DNA of 20,000 bases from an uncultured virus (IMG/VR IMGVR_UViG_3300008111_000114). Its lineage: Duplodnaviria; Heunggongvirae; Uroviricota; Caudoviricetes. Under the pieces are notes generated by a model. That model saw only the letters and a list, made by a program, of their open reading frames with translations, was not told where the DNA came from and did no database searches. Within the stretch, counting starts at the first letter, position 1; each line of letters opens with the position of its first letter. Below, in pieces: positions 1-6,539 of this stretch. Where the stretch lies: IMG/VR virus record IMGVR_UViG_3300008111_000114; one strand, given 5' to 3'. The translations under genes were made by a program, and so were the position numbers.

Positions 1-11
1 TCAGATGTGTT

Positions 12-45
12 GGGGGGAGGTCAAATACCCCTCCCCCACATTTTT
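12..45. terminator. GC-rich hairpin downstream of ORF 44-466, possible intrinsic terminator
   Basis: GGGGGAGG..CCTCCCCC inverted repeat. The T tract (41-45) is on the + strand, so polarity is uncertain. Confidence 0.4.
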
Positions 46-466
46 ACAAGTATCGGGCGATAGCGTTGTAAGTAGAAGTAGAAACTACTTCCTCATCGGT
101 CATCTTGAGAATACGAATTGCGTTCTCAATTTCCTCTACCATCTCATTGTAAGAGTGGCGGTGGATTTGCTCAAAATCACGCTCAGGTTGCTTAGGAAAA
201 TCCTTTTCCTCAACAATCAAATCAAAATCAACATTGAGAGTGTTGTTCCAATGACGATAGTTCGTGCGAACATTTTGAGCCTTAGCGATTTGCGCTGTGG
301 CAAACTTAGCAATTTCTTTGTTCCATTTCTCAACGGACTTCTGATACTTTGCCTCGTTCTCATCTTGCTTAGCATAATCATTTTTGATTTCTGCTAACTT
401 AGTTTCCAAAGCCTTGATAACTTTGGGTGTTGCGATTTTTACATTTATCGCTTTTCCTCTTGCCAT
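44..466 (-). CDS. hypothetical phage protein, 140 aa, coiled-coil-like
   Basis: ORF with RBS AGAAAGGA and its own promoter at 495-516. Confidence 0.85.
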   Translation of the reverse strand: MARGKAINVKIATPKVIKALETKLAEIKNDYAKQDENEAKYQKSVEKWNKEIAKFATAQIAKAQNVRTNYRHWNNTLNVDFDLIVEEKDFPKQPERDFEQIHRHSYNEMVEEIENAIRILKMTDEEVVSTSTYNAIARYL

Positions 467-528
467 TTTGTTTCCTTTCTTAGTTGGTATTACTATTCTA
501 TCAGACCTTACCGACAGAATAAAGTTGG

Positions 529-558
529 TGAGCAGTTTTGATTGACTTGCTCAGGTCA
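529..558 (-). ncRNA. 30-nt H-type pseudoknot element, copy 1
   Basis: TGAC-CTGAGCAA-GTCA-ATCAAAAC-TGCTCA, same geometry as 9553-9582. Confidence 0.65.
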
Positions 559-573
559 GTTTCATCTGATAAA

Positions 574-723
574 CTACTTGATAGTAGTCCAGCGAGTTTC
601 GCCCTCTACATCAAGACGAACACGCACCGAGCCAGATGGGTTCTTTACGACTTCCTTTACAACGCCAGAAACTTTGCTCTGAGCGGTTGTAATGGTTTCA
701 CCGATTTTTGGTGTCTTAGCCAT
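574..723 (-). CDS. hypothetical protein, 49 aa (MAKTPKIGETITTAQSKVSG...RWTTIK), not in the ORF track
   Basis: Manual translation, RBS GAAAGGA, promoter at 754-775. Confidence 0.85.
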   Translation of the reverse strand: MAKTPKIGETITTAQSKVSGVVKEVVKNPSGSVRVRLDVEGETRWTTIK

Positions 724-811
724 TTTTGCTTCCTTTCGTTTGTTGGTAATAATAGTTTAGCATTTCAGACCGACAGAGCGCAAATCCAAATACGGACAAA
801 TCGGACATTTT

Positions 812-1621
812 CTAAAAAACTTTTGTGGGAAAAATCACAGTGTCGTAATTTGACAAACGCCTTGCGGCGGGGTGGGCCTCAGCTCTTACGGTACAAGATA
901 TAAACAATTTAGTTGCGCTAAATCTAATGTCAGCCTTACCATAAACACAAAGACCACACGATACACACGCAGAGCCTGCTTGTGAAATTAATGGAATACG
1001 TTTTGCATTTTCAGGGCACTTTGCACCAACCTTGCCAGTTAATTCTTTCATTTTGTTTTCGGTTAACGCAAACGTTTTGCCTAAGTATGCCAGGCGCACA
1101 CCATGATTAATTTTTAAGTCTTCCGCAATGGATACGTTTTCGTCGTCGGTAGAGAAATAAAGAGATAGGTTAGGGATACCCTTAAGCAATTCCGCCGCAG
1201 ACTTTACACGAGTGTAGACCCAAAATTGAATGTCGGGATGACGGCGAACAATTTCAGCCCATGCGATTGTATAAGTATCGTTAAAGAAATCTCCGTCCCA
1301 ATGGATACGGAATAATTGTTTTGCATTACGCTTTACACAGTCAGCCTTGAAATCAATAATCATTTCATCAAGAAGAGACACCATAGTGTCATAGTCAGCG
1401 TCTTTTAGTAATTCCCAATTGTGAAGAAGAGTGGCCTTTACTCCCTTGTAGATTTTTTCGAGTTTTCCTGCATAGCAAACGCTTTCACAAACACTAGTGG
1501 CACCAGGACACGAGAAATTTTTTCCAGCAGGTAGACCGAAAGTGTTGGCGATTGTTGGGGTTTTTCCATTTGGGGAGACTGCATTTGCAACCTTTCTATC
1601 ATTAGAGCGTTTTAGTTTCAT
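812..1621 (-). CDS. GP88-like protein (mycobacteriophage L5 gp88 family, radical-SAM-like Fe-S protein)
   Basis: SCPGATSVCESVCYA, FRIHWDGDFF, FWVYTR and C-terminal CP...CxxCxxC motifs. The last ~30 aa run through a regulatory spacer. Confidence 0.8.
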   Translation of the reverse strand: MKLKRSNDRKVANAVSPNGKTPTIANTFGLPAGKNFSCPGATSVCESVCYAGKLEKIYKGVKATLLHNWELLKDADYDTMVSLLDEMIIDFKADCVKRNAKQLFRIHWDGDFFNDTYTIAWAEIVRRHPDIQFWVYTRVKSAAELLKGIPNLSLYFSTDDENVSIAEDLKINHGVRLAYLGKTFALTENKMKELTGKVGAKCPENAKRIPLISQAGSACVSCGLCVYGKADIRFSATKLFISCTVRAEAHPAARRLSNYDTVIFPTKVF

Positions 1622-1643
1622 GGGGCACCTTTCTTTCTTTATT

Positions 1644-1781
1644 CTATTCTACACCATAGGGGCGACATTTATGCTTGCGCTTGCGAGAATACGCCTTTTT
1701 ATTTTTTACAGGCGTGGCTGCATTACTACGGCGTAACTCCATAAGTCGCCGTAATTCCTCAGCATTTTTTTTCGTTCTCAT
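1644..1781 (-). CDS. basic 45-aa peptide with an ArfA-like KNKKAYSRKRKHK motif, near-leaderless, not in the ORF track
   Basis: MRTKKNAEELRRLMELRRSNAATPVKNKKAYSRKRKHKCRPYGVE. The ATG lies 8 nt after the -10 box at 1790-1795. Confidence 0.75.
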   Translation of the reverse strand: MRTKKNAEELRRLMELRRSNAATPVKNKKAYSRKRKHKCRPYGVE

Positions 1782-1922
1782 AATAAACTAGTCTAGCATA
1801 ACCCACTGACATTCCACAAAATTTCGGCGTTTCTACGTAAAGCTCATAAATCGGACATTACAGGCCCGCCGCTGTCGGGCGTGTCGTGTCAAGTCGACAC
1901 GCCGCAGCAATTATGAATTAGA

Positions 1923-2207
1923 TCACAATTCGCTTTCGATTACCCATTCCCACAAGTGGTGAGCGTCAATAATCGCATTCGCTGGCGCAGTAATTTTATT
2001 TCTCCAAGTTACTCCGTCTGGTAATGAAATTTCTTTATCGTGTTCACCTGAATTGTATGCGTCAAGTGCTTCGATACAAACGGGCACCATTGAATGGGGA
2101 ACGGGCGGGTAATGATTAGAACGCAATTGAATAGTAATCGCAGTCTCCAAATCTAAATCAGGAAACAAATCCTTATCCGCTAATTCCGTTGATAGATTAC
2201 TTCCCAT
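1923..2207 (-). CDS. hypothetical phage protein, 94 aa
   Basis: ORF overlapping the upstream gene end, RBS GGAG, internal promoter at 2243-2264. Confidence 0.8.
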   Translation of the reverse strand: MGSNLSTELADKDLFPDLDLETAITIQLRSNHYPPVPHSMVPVCIEALDAYNSGEHDKEISLPDGVTWRNKITAPANAIIDAHHLWEWVIESEL

Positions 2208-2406
2208 TTACTTCTCCATTTCGATAGAAATTCTTTGTATACATTTTACCCATTGGGTCTGACAAGTTATAGGTTGCGTATTCTTTAGCATCGCCAAAAT
2301 CTACGCATTTATTCCAAGCATCTACGGCTTCAAGCATATCGGTATAGCGATACGCACCAAATAGTTTTCCGTCATAGGAAACTGTAAGAGAGTAGTTATA
2401 TTCCAT
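2197..2406 (-). CDS. hypothetical protein, 69 aa (start revised to MEYNYS)
   Basis: ATG at 2406 overlaps the TAA of ORF 2406-2516 (TAATG coupling). Confidence 0.8.
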   Translation of the reverse strand: MEYNYSLTVSYDGKLFGAYRYTDMLEAVDAWNKCVDFGDAKEYATYNLSDPMGKMYTKNFYRNGEVNGK

Positions 2407-2516
2407 TAGTCTTTCCATTCTAGCGCAAGGCAAGCGCATTTAGTTATCTTTAGTGTATCGCCACGCATTTCTACTGTGGCAAGGGTATCGCATTTATCGC
2501 ATAAGAACAATTCCAT
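2406..2516 (-). CDS. 36-aa Cys-rich peptide (CxxC...CxC), not in the ORF track
   Basis: MELFLCDKCDTLATVEMRGDTLKITKCACLALEWKD, TAATG-coupled at both ends. Confidence 0.7.
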   Translation of the reverse strand: MELFLCDKCDTLATVEMRGDTLKITKCACLALEWKD

Positions 2517-2677
2517 TAGAACACCACTTCCATTCCTTCTAGAACAAGATTGTGAGGATTACACTCACAATACTCAAAATCATAGTCCCCGTCTGGAGAA
2601 ACCCAACCTGTAAATCCTTTGCCGTAGCAAGTATCGCAAGCGAGTATATTTTCAATAAGTCTTTTTATAGCAGACAT
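2516..2677 (-). CDS. 53-aa zinc-finger-like protein (CxxCxGxG...CxC), not in the ORF track
   Basis: Manual translation, RBS AGAAAGGA, promoter at 2702-2723. Confidence 0.8.
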   Translation of the reverse strand: MSAIKRLIENILACDTCYGKGFTGWVSPDGDYDFEYCECNPHNLVLEGMEVVF

Positions 2678-2724
2678 TTTATTTCCTTTCTTTATGAATA
2701 AAGTCTATCAGAACCCACCGACAT

Positions 2725-2940
2725 TTAGTAGTCGGTTATTCTGACGGCTACTGTTGCCCATTGGTCATTTAGACGACCCGTTGGGCGATAGCGAATAGCG
2801 AAGGCTTCATAGCCTTCGGGTGGATAGACATCTTCACGCTTTTCTGCGTGGTTGATAATACCTCCGTTGAAACGGCGGGATAGGGATTGTGGGGCATAGT
2901 AAGTATCTACTAGCAAATCAACTATGGAATATGCTCTCAT
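2725..2940 (-). CDS. hypothetical protein, 71 aa
   Basis: RBS AGAAAGGA and promoter at 2967-2988. Loosely similar to ORF 5964-6164 (YSI..LLV..Y......L.G.I..AEK). Confidence 0.85.
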   Translation of the reverse strand: MRAYSIVDLLVDTYYAPQSLSRRFNGGIINHAEKREDVYPPEGYEAFAIRYRPTGRLNDQWATVAVRITDY

Positions 2941-3190
2941 TAGTTTTTCCTTTCTTTATACCTACAATTTTACACGACCCGACTGACATTTCTCTACTTA
3001 CTAGCGAGTAATTCCAAATAGTAAGACGCTCAGCCGTGTGAGAAATCTCACAAGATCTGGCTGTCAAGTCGACACGCCGTAAATTTCAAAAAAATTCTGG
3101 CAATTCCACGTAATCGTACATAATGCGTAAAACGGACATTTCGGGCAGGCCCGCCGCTGTCGGGCGTGTCGCAATTAGTTGAAAGTTGAA

Positions 3191-3304
3191 CTATTCTTTT
3201 TTTAGATCAGCTTTGAAATCTTTTATTGCTAAAACTAAAAGTGGAATTGTTACACCCGCCAAAATTATTTGAACGAGTGTTGTTAGAATTCTATTTGTTG
3301 TCAT
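3191..3304 (-). CDS. 37-aa single-TM membrane peptide, not in the ORF track
   Basis: MTTNRILTTLVQIILAGVTIPLLVLAIKDFKADLKKE, RBS AGGAG. Confidence 0.7.
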   Translation of the reverse strand: MTTNRILTTLVQIILAGVTIPLLVLAIKDFKADLKKE

Positions 3305-3307
3305 TTT

Positions 3308-3577
3308 TTATTCTCCTAAAACTTCTTTAGAAATATTTTCAATTTCATTTATTTCTGAAATCATTTCGTGCATTTGAGTTTCAGATAAAATTGCGTGGCT
3401 AACCAAAGTTGCAGTTAGCGCAGAAAGAGTTGCGGAATATTCAAATAACATTCTCGCCATTGTGTCATTATCAACATCATTTCGCATTTGAAAAATAGCA
3501 GCAGCCATCTGCATTACTTGTTCATCTTGAAACGCTTCTTGAGTTGCGTCTTGAATTTTTAGAGCGGTGCTTATCAT
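3308..3577 (-). CDS. hypothetical protein, 89 aa
   Basis: ORF, TAATG-coupled, RBS GAGGAG. Confidence 0.8.
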   Translation of the reverse strand: MISTALKIQDATQEAFQDEQVMQMAAAIFQMRNDVDNDTMARMLFEYSATLSALTATLVSHAILSETQMHEMISEINEIENISKEVLGE

Positions 3578-3729
3578 TACTTATTCTCCTCAACATCTAG
3601 AACTTCGAAAGCGTCAAACTTGATTAGTTCGCTATCAGGCAAATAGCGGAGAGATTTATTCAGGGCAAAGATAGCGGATAAATCGGTGTCGGCTTCCACG
3701 ACATAGGAGATTAGAATATTTTTTTTCAT
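3577..3729 (-). CDS. hypothetical protein, 50 aa (MKKNILISYVVEAD...), not in the ORF track
   Basis: Fills the gap exactly, TAATG-coupled at both ends. Confidence 0.75.
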   Translation of the reverse strand: MKKNILISYVVEADTDLSAIFALNKSLRYLPDSELIKFDAFEVLDVEENK

Positions 3730-3917
3730 TAGTTATTTTCCATTTCTTGTTGTAGCATTTTGATAATTTTCTTAGCATTCTTTTCAGAAATAAAAACCGA
3801 CATTGTGCCGATTTGACGAGCCATTGAAGTTGTAGAGTTTAGAGAACTATTAGGAAACTTTTTTTCCTCAAGTTTCCTAAATAAATCTCCGATTTCGTTT
3901 AGTGTTGAGAGTTCCAT
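3729..3917 (-). CDS. hypothetical protein, 62 aa
   Basis: ORF, TAATG-coupled. Confidence 0.75.
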   Translation of the reverse strand: MELSTLNEIGDLFRKLEEKKFPNSSLNSTTSMARQIGTMSVFISEKNAKKIIKMLQQEMENN

Positions 3918-4099
3918 TATTTCTTACGACCTTTCAATACTCCACGAATTGAAAGCACATCACAATCAAACTTTACAGAGATACCGACAGGGAGAGTGTC
4001 GGGATAAGTTGATACGAATTGAGCAACCGCACCTTTAGAGGGCAGGGATAGAGTTTTTACAGAACCATTGAAGGTTTCTAGTCTTACTTGATAAGTCAT
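3917..4099 (-). CDS. hypothetical protein, 60 aa
   Basis: RBS AGAAAGGA, promoter at 4125-4146. Confidence 0.8.
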   Translation of the reverse strand: MTYQVRLETFNGSVKTLSLPSKGAVAQFVSTYPDTLPVGISVKFDCDVLSIRGVLKGRKK

Positions 4100-4192
4100 T
4101 TTGACTTCCTTTCTTTAGGTAATAATTGTAGCATTGGGGGCTGACATTTTGGGGATTTCCCGCCGTGTCGGGGTGTGATTTGTATCACACGA

Positions 4193-4285
4193 TTACTCGT
4201 GGATACAATTGGACTCGATTTCGTGTCCAAATTCCTCTACGAGTTCCTCGTAGATTTCATCAAGATAATCAAGATAATCTGACAT
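4193..4285 (-). CDS. 30-aa highly acidic peptide, not in the ORF track
   Basis: MSDYLDYLDEIYEELVEEFGHEIESNCIHE, RBS AGAAAGGAG. Confidence 0.7.
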   Translation of the reverse strand: MSDYLDYLDEIYEELVEEFGHEIESNCIHE

Positions 4286-4299
4286 TACTTTCTCCTTTC

Positions 4300-4572
4300 T
4301 TAGAGATTACAGGCAACGCCTGTGCTATGAACACCTTGTTCATAGTGGTTTTTTTCTATACAATTTTTTTGTAAATCGTGAAAGATTTTACAACGCATTT
4401 CGTGATAGTTTATGAAATCTTTATGAACGACTTTATCGCAAGTCTGGCAGAAGTGCCATTTATGATTATCCTTACGGATAACCTTGTTATCTATTACATC
4501 ATAGCGGTCTATGAATTTTTTAGAGTGTGAGCAATCGTTTGCTTTACACTTATTTACTTTAGTGTTAGTCAT
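4300..4572 (-). CDS. Cys/His-rich hypothetical protein, 90 aa
   Basis: RBS AGAAAGG, promoter at 4607-4628, CxxC...H...C motif. Confidence 0.8.
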   Translation of the reverse strand: MTNTKVNKCKANDCSHSKKFIDRYDVIDNKVIRKDNHKWHFCQTCDKVVHKDFINYHEMRCKIFHDLQKNCIEKNHYEQGVHSTGVACNL

Positions 4573-4726
4573 TTTATTACCTAACCTTTCTTTTTGTTAT
4601 GCCACTATTCTAGCAGGGGGGTCTGACATTTTCGGGGGTATAAATCGGTCAAATCGGACATTGTGAGCCACATCACATATGACCTACATCACATTGTGAT
4701 CGAAATCACAAAAATTTCCAGCGATT

Positions 4727-4933
4727 TCACGGCGTGTCGTATTGACAAAAAGTTATCCACAGGGAAACATTACCACGAGGAATTTCAATGTGGCACTTGA
4801 AGCATAACATTTTTACTTCTGCTTTAGTTAGCAGAGCAATTTCCAAATCTAGTTTAGTAGAAGCGGAAGCATTTTCTAATGATACCCAACCAGCACCATT
4901 TTCATTCATTTCAAAAATTTCTAAGTTAGCCAT
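4727..4933 (-). CDS. hypothetical protein (start revised to MANLEIF), C-terminus possibly truncated or read-through
   Basis: ATG lies 2 nt after the upstream stop. A single CxxC is followed by read-through across DnaA and GACAC motifs. Confidence 0.65.
   Translation of the reverse strand: MANLEIFEMNENGAGWVSLENASASTKLDLEIALLTKAEVKMLCFKCHIEIPRGNVSLWITFCQYDTP
4753..4761 (+). promoter_or_regulatory. DnaA box
   Basis: Exact TTATCCACA, single copy seen. Confidence 0.45.
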
Positions 4934-4935
4934 TT

Positions 4936-5118
4936 TTACAACACCCAACTTTCTTGAGTGTATGCTAACCACTCACCAAGGGTCATTATTCCCTTGTATT
5001 CATTACACTTACCGCAGAAAACTTCTCCTGCGTAGTCTGAGCAAAACACGCAAACAATCAAGTTTGCTTCATCAACGGAAACATTTTCCAATGTTATTTC
5101 TTTTATTAGTGTAGTCAT
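4936..5118 (-). CDS. zinc-ribbon-like protein, 60 aa (CxxC...CxxC)
   Basis: RBS AGAAAGGTAGG, promoter at 5171-5192. Confidence 0.8.
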   Translation of the reverse strand: MTTLIKEITLENVSVDEANLIVCVFCSDYAGEVFCGKCNEYKGIMTLGEWLAYTQESWVL

Positions 5119-5361
5119 TTTCTGACCTACCTTTCTTGTCGAGAACCTTTCTCAACCTTCTATACCTAGAAGTCTAACATAGACCACTGACATTTTGACC
5201 CGTTTTTCGGGCGTGTCGCAAAACTATTTTTGTGATTTACACCACATTTCTGGGGGCTTTTCAAATCGTCTTAAATCGGACATTTCGGACACAGGCCCGC
5301 CGCTGTCGGGCGTGTCGCAGCTTTTGTCAAGGCGACACGCCGATCAGTTTTGTGAGTTATC

Positions 5362-5532
5362 TCACCAGCCTTTTTTGACTGCCTCAAAAAATCGAGGGCG
5401 GGAAAATCTAGGATTATCCTTTGCGAAATAGTCAGAGAAATCTCCAGCCATTTCCAAAATCAAATCGGGATTTTCTGGATAAGCCTGATTCAAAATATCA
5501 GCAGCGGTTATATAGTCTTTTCTAGTCATCAT
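5362..5532 (-). CDS. hypothetical protein, 56 aa (start revised to MMTRKDY)
   Basis: Start follows the stop of 5534-5698 and the C-terminus is F..DNPRF...RF..A. Confidence 0.8.
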   Translation of the reverse strand: MMTRKDYITAADILNQAYPENPDLILEMAGDFSDYFAKDNPRFSRPRFFEAVKKGW

Positions 5533-5533
5533 T

Positions 5534-5698
5534 TTACTTATTACGCTTTCTAAATAGTTTGATATCATTACGCTTTAGAATTTTATTTACAAAATAAATT
5601 ACAACAACGGAGCCAAGAAATCCCCATGTGAAATCTAGAGCAATAAAATCAGAATAGAAGCCGAAGCCCCATTTTGAGAATTCTATTTGAATTTCCAT
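5534..5698 (-). CDS. 54-aa putative membrane protein, not in the ORF track
   Basis: MEIQIEFSKWGFGFYSDFIALDFTWGFLGSVVVIYFVNKILKRNDIKLFRKRNK, RBS GAAAGGA. Confidence 0.7.
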   Translation of the reverse strand: MEIQIEFSKWGFGFYSDFIALDFTWGFLGSVVVIYFVNKILKRNDIKLFRKRNK

Positions 5699-5702
5699 TT
5701 TA

Positions 5703-5870
5703 TTAGTTATCCTTTCCGTTAGTTTGTTCGACCTTACGCATATGCGCTACGACATTCTTAGAAACTTTTTGTAGTTCAGTTACAAAAATGTTCATTTCTT
5801 CAGGTGAAGAAGCGGTGAAGCCAGTGCCTAGAAGTTGAGCACCATCCCAGATTGAGTATGTGATTTTCAT
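5703..5870 (-). CDS. hypothetical protein, 55 aa (MKITYSIWDGAQLLG...), not in the ORF track
   Basis: Manual translation, RBS AGGA, promoter at 5908-5929. Confidence 0.8.
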   Translation of the reverse strand: MKITYSIWDGAQLLGTGFTASSPEEMNIFVTELQKVSKNVVAHMRKVEQTNGKDN

Positions 5871-5963
5871 TTATTTATTTCCTATTCTTTTAGTTTGTTA
5901 TGTCTTTAGACTACACTACGGGGGCGACATTTTCAAGCCGCCACGCCGTAGCGTTTGTGTGAT

Positions 5964-6164
5964 TTAGTTCACACTAACCGCTATTGTGCGGAATGAATTA
6001 CGGAATGAGTTCGGATTGCGAACCTCTACAAGATACGCCTCAGCGTTTTCATACCATACGGCATGAGGATGCTTTTCGGCGGATACAATTTCACCCGTTA
6101 GGGTTTTAGAGCGATAGGTTTTTCCTACTAGTAGGTTTTCAATTGAGTAGACATTTGCGGACAT
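5964..6164 (-). CDS. hypothetical protein, 66 aa
   Basis: RBS AGAAAGGGG and a long leader from the promoter at 6280-6301. Confidence 0.85.
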   Translation of the reverse strand: MSANVYSIENLLVGKTYRSKTLTGEIVSAEKHPHAVWYENAEAYLVEVRNPNSFRNSFRTIAVSVN

Positions 6165-6195
6165 TTTGTCCCCTTTCTTTTTTAGTTTGTCTTTT

Positions 6196-6250
6196 AGGGT
6201 TTTATTTGCTTAGGCTCACCTTTCGGATTATTTGCTAAGGCTCACACCCT
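6196..6250 (-). other. two-fold symmetric leader element (tandem 18-nt repeat)
   Basis: GTGAGCCTWAGCAAATAA at 6202-6219 and 6228-6245, separated by CC-GAAA-GG and closed by AGGGT/ACCCT. Confidence 0.65.
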
Positions 6251-6335
6251 TTAATTCTTATTTAATTTTCTATGTCTTAAGACTATCAGACTTGACCGAC
6301 ATTTTCAAGCCGACACGCCGTCTAGCGGGTGTGAT

Positions 6336-6539
6336 TTATGCCACTTGGCATAGACCGCTAGTGGCTTTCCAACTAGACCAACCCGATAGGCGGTCTTCAT
6401 CATCAACCCAAAAGGCTGAGATATCTAACCCGCATTTAGCGCAGGTAGCGTGTCTATCCCATTCATCTGAGACGATAGAAGCGGGGATAGCGGAATGGGT
6501 AGAGAACCCTAGTTTAGTTAGTAGTGTTTGTTCATTCAT
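6336..6539 (-). CDS. hypothetical protein, 67 aa (CxxC)
   Basis: RBS AGAAAGG, promoter at 6577-6598. Confidence 0.8.
   Translation of the reverse strand: MNEQTLLTKLGFSTHSAIPASIVSDEWDRHATCAKCGLDISAFWVDDEDRLSGWSSWKATSGLCQVA

Larger units (their letters stand above)
1861..5317. repeat. three exact 26-bp copies of CAGGCCCGCCGCTGTCGGGCGTGTCG
   Basis: 1861-1886, 3146-3171 and 5292-5317, all intergenic and in the same orientation. Confidence 0.95.

Noticed and set aside
2551..2569. TGTGA-N9-TCACA
   Set aside because: The spacer length is wrong for CRP and the site lies inside a CDS.
3797..4284. Extra TGTCRG hexamers at 3797-3802, 3984-3989 and 4279-4284
   Set aside because: There is no TAnnnT at the 10-nt spacing and they lie in coding sequence.
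4753..4761. Replication origin at the DnaA box
   Set aside because: A single box without a cluster or an adjacent unwinding element is insufficient.
1861..5317. 26-bp repeat as a CRISPR array
   Set aside because: The copies are 1.3-2.1 kb apart with genes between them, and no cas genes are present.
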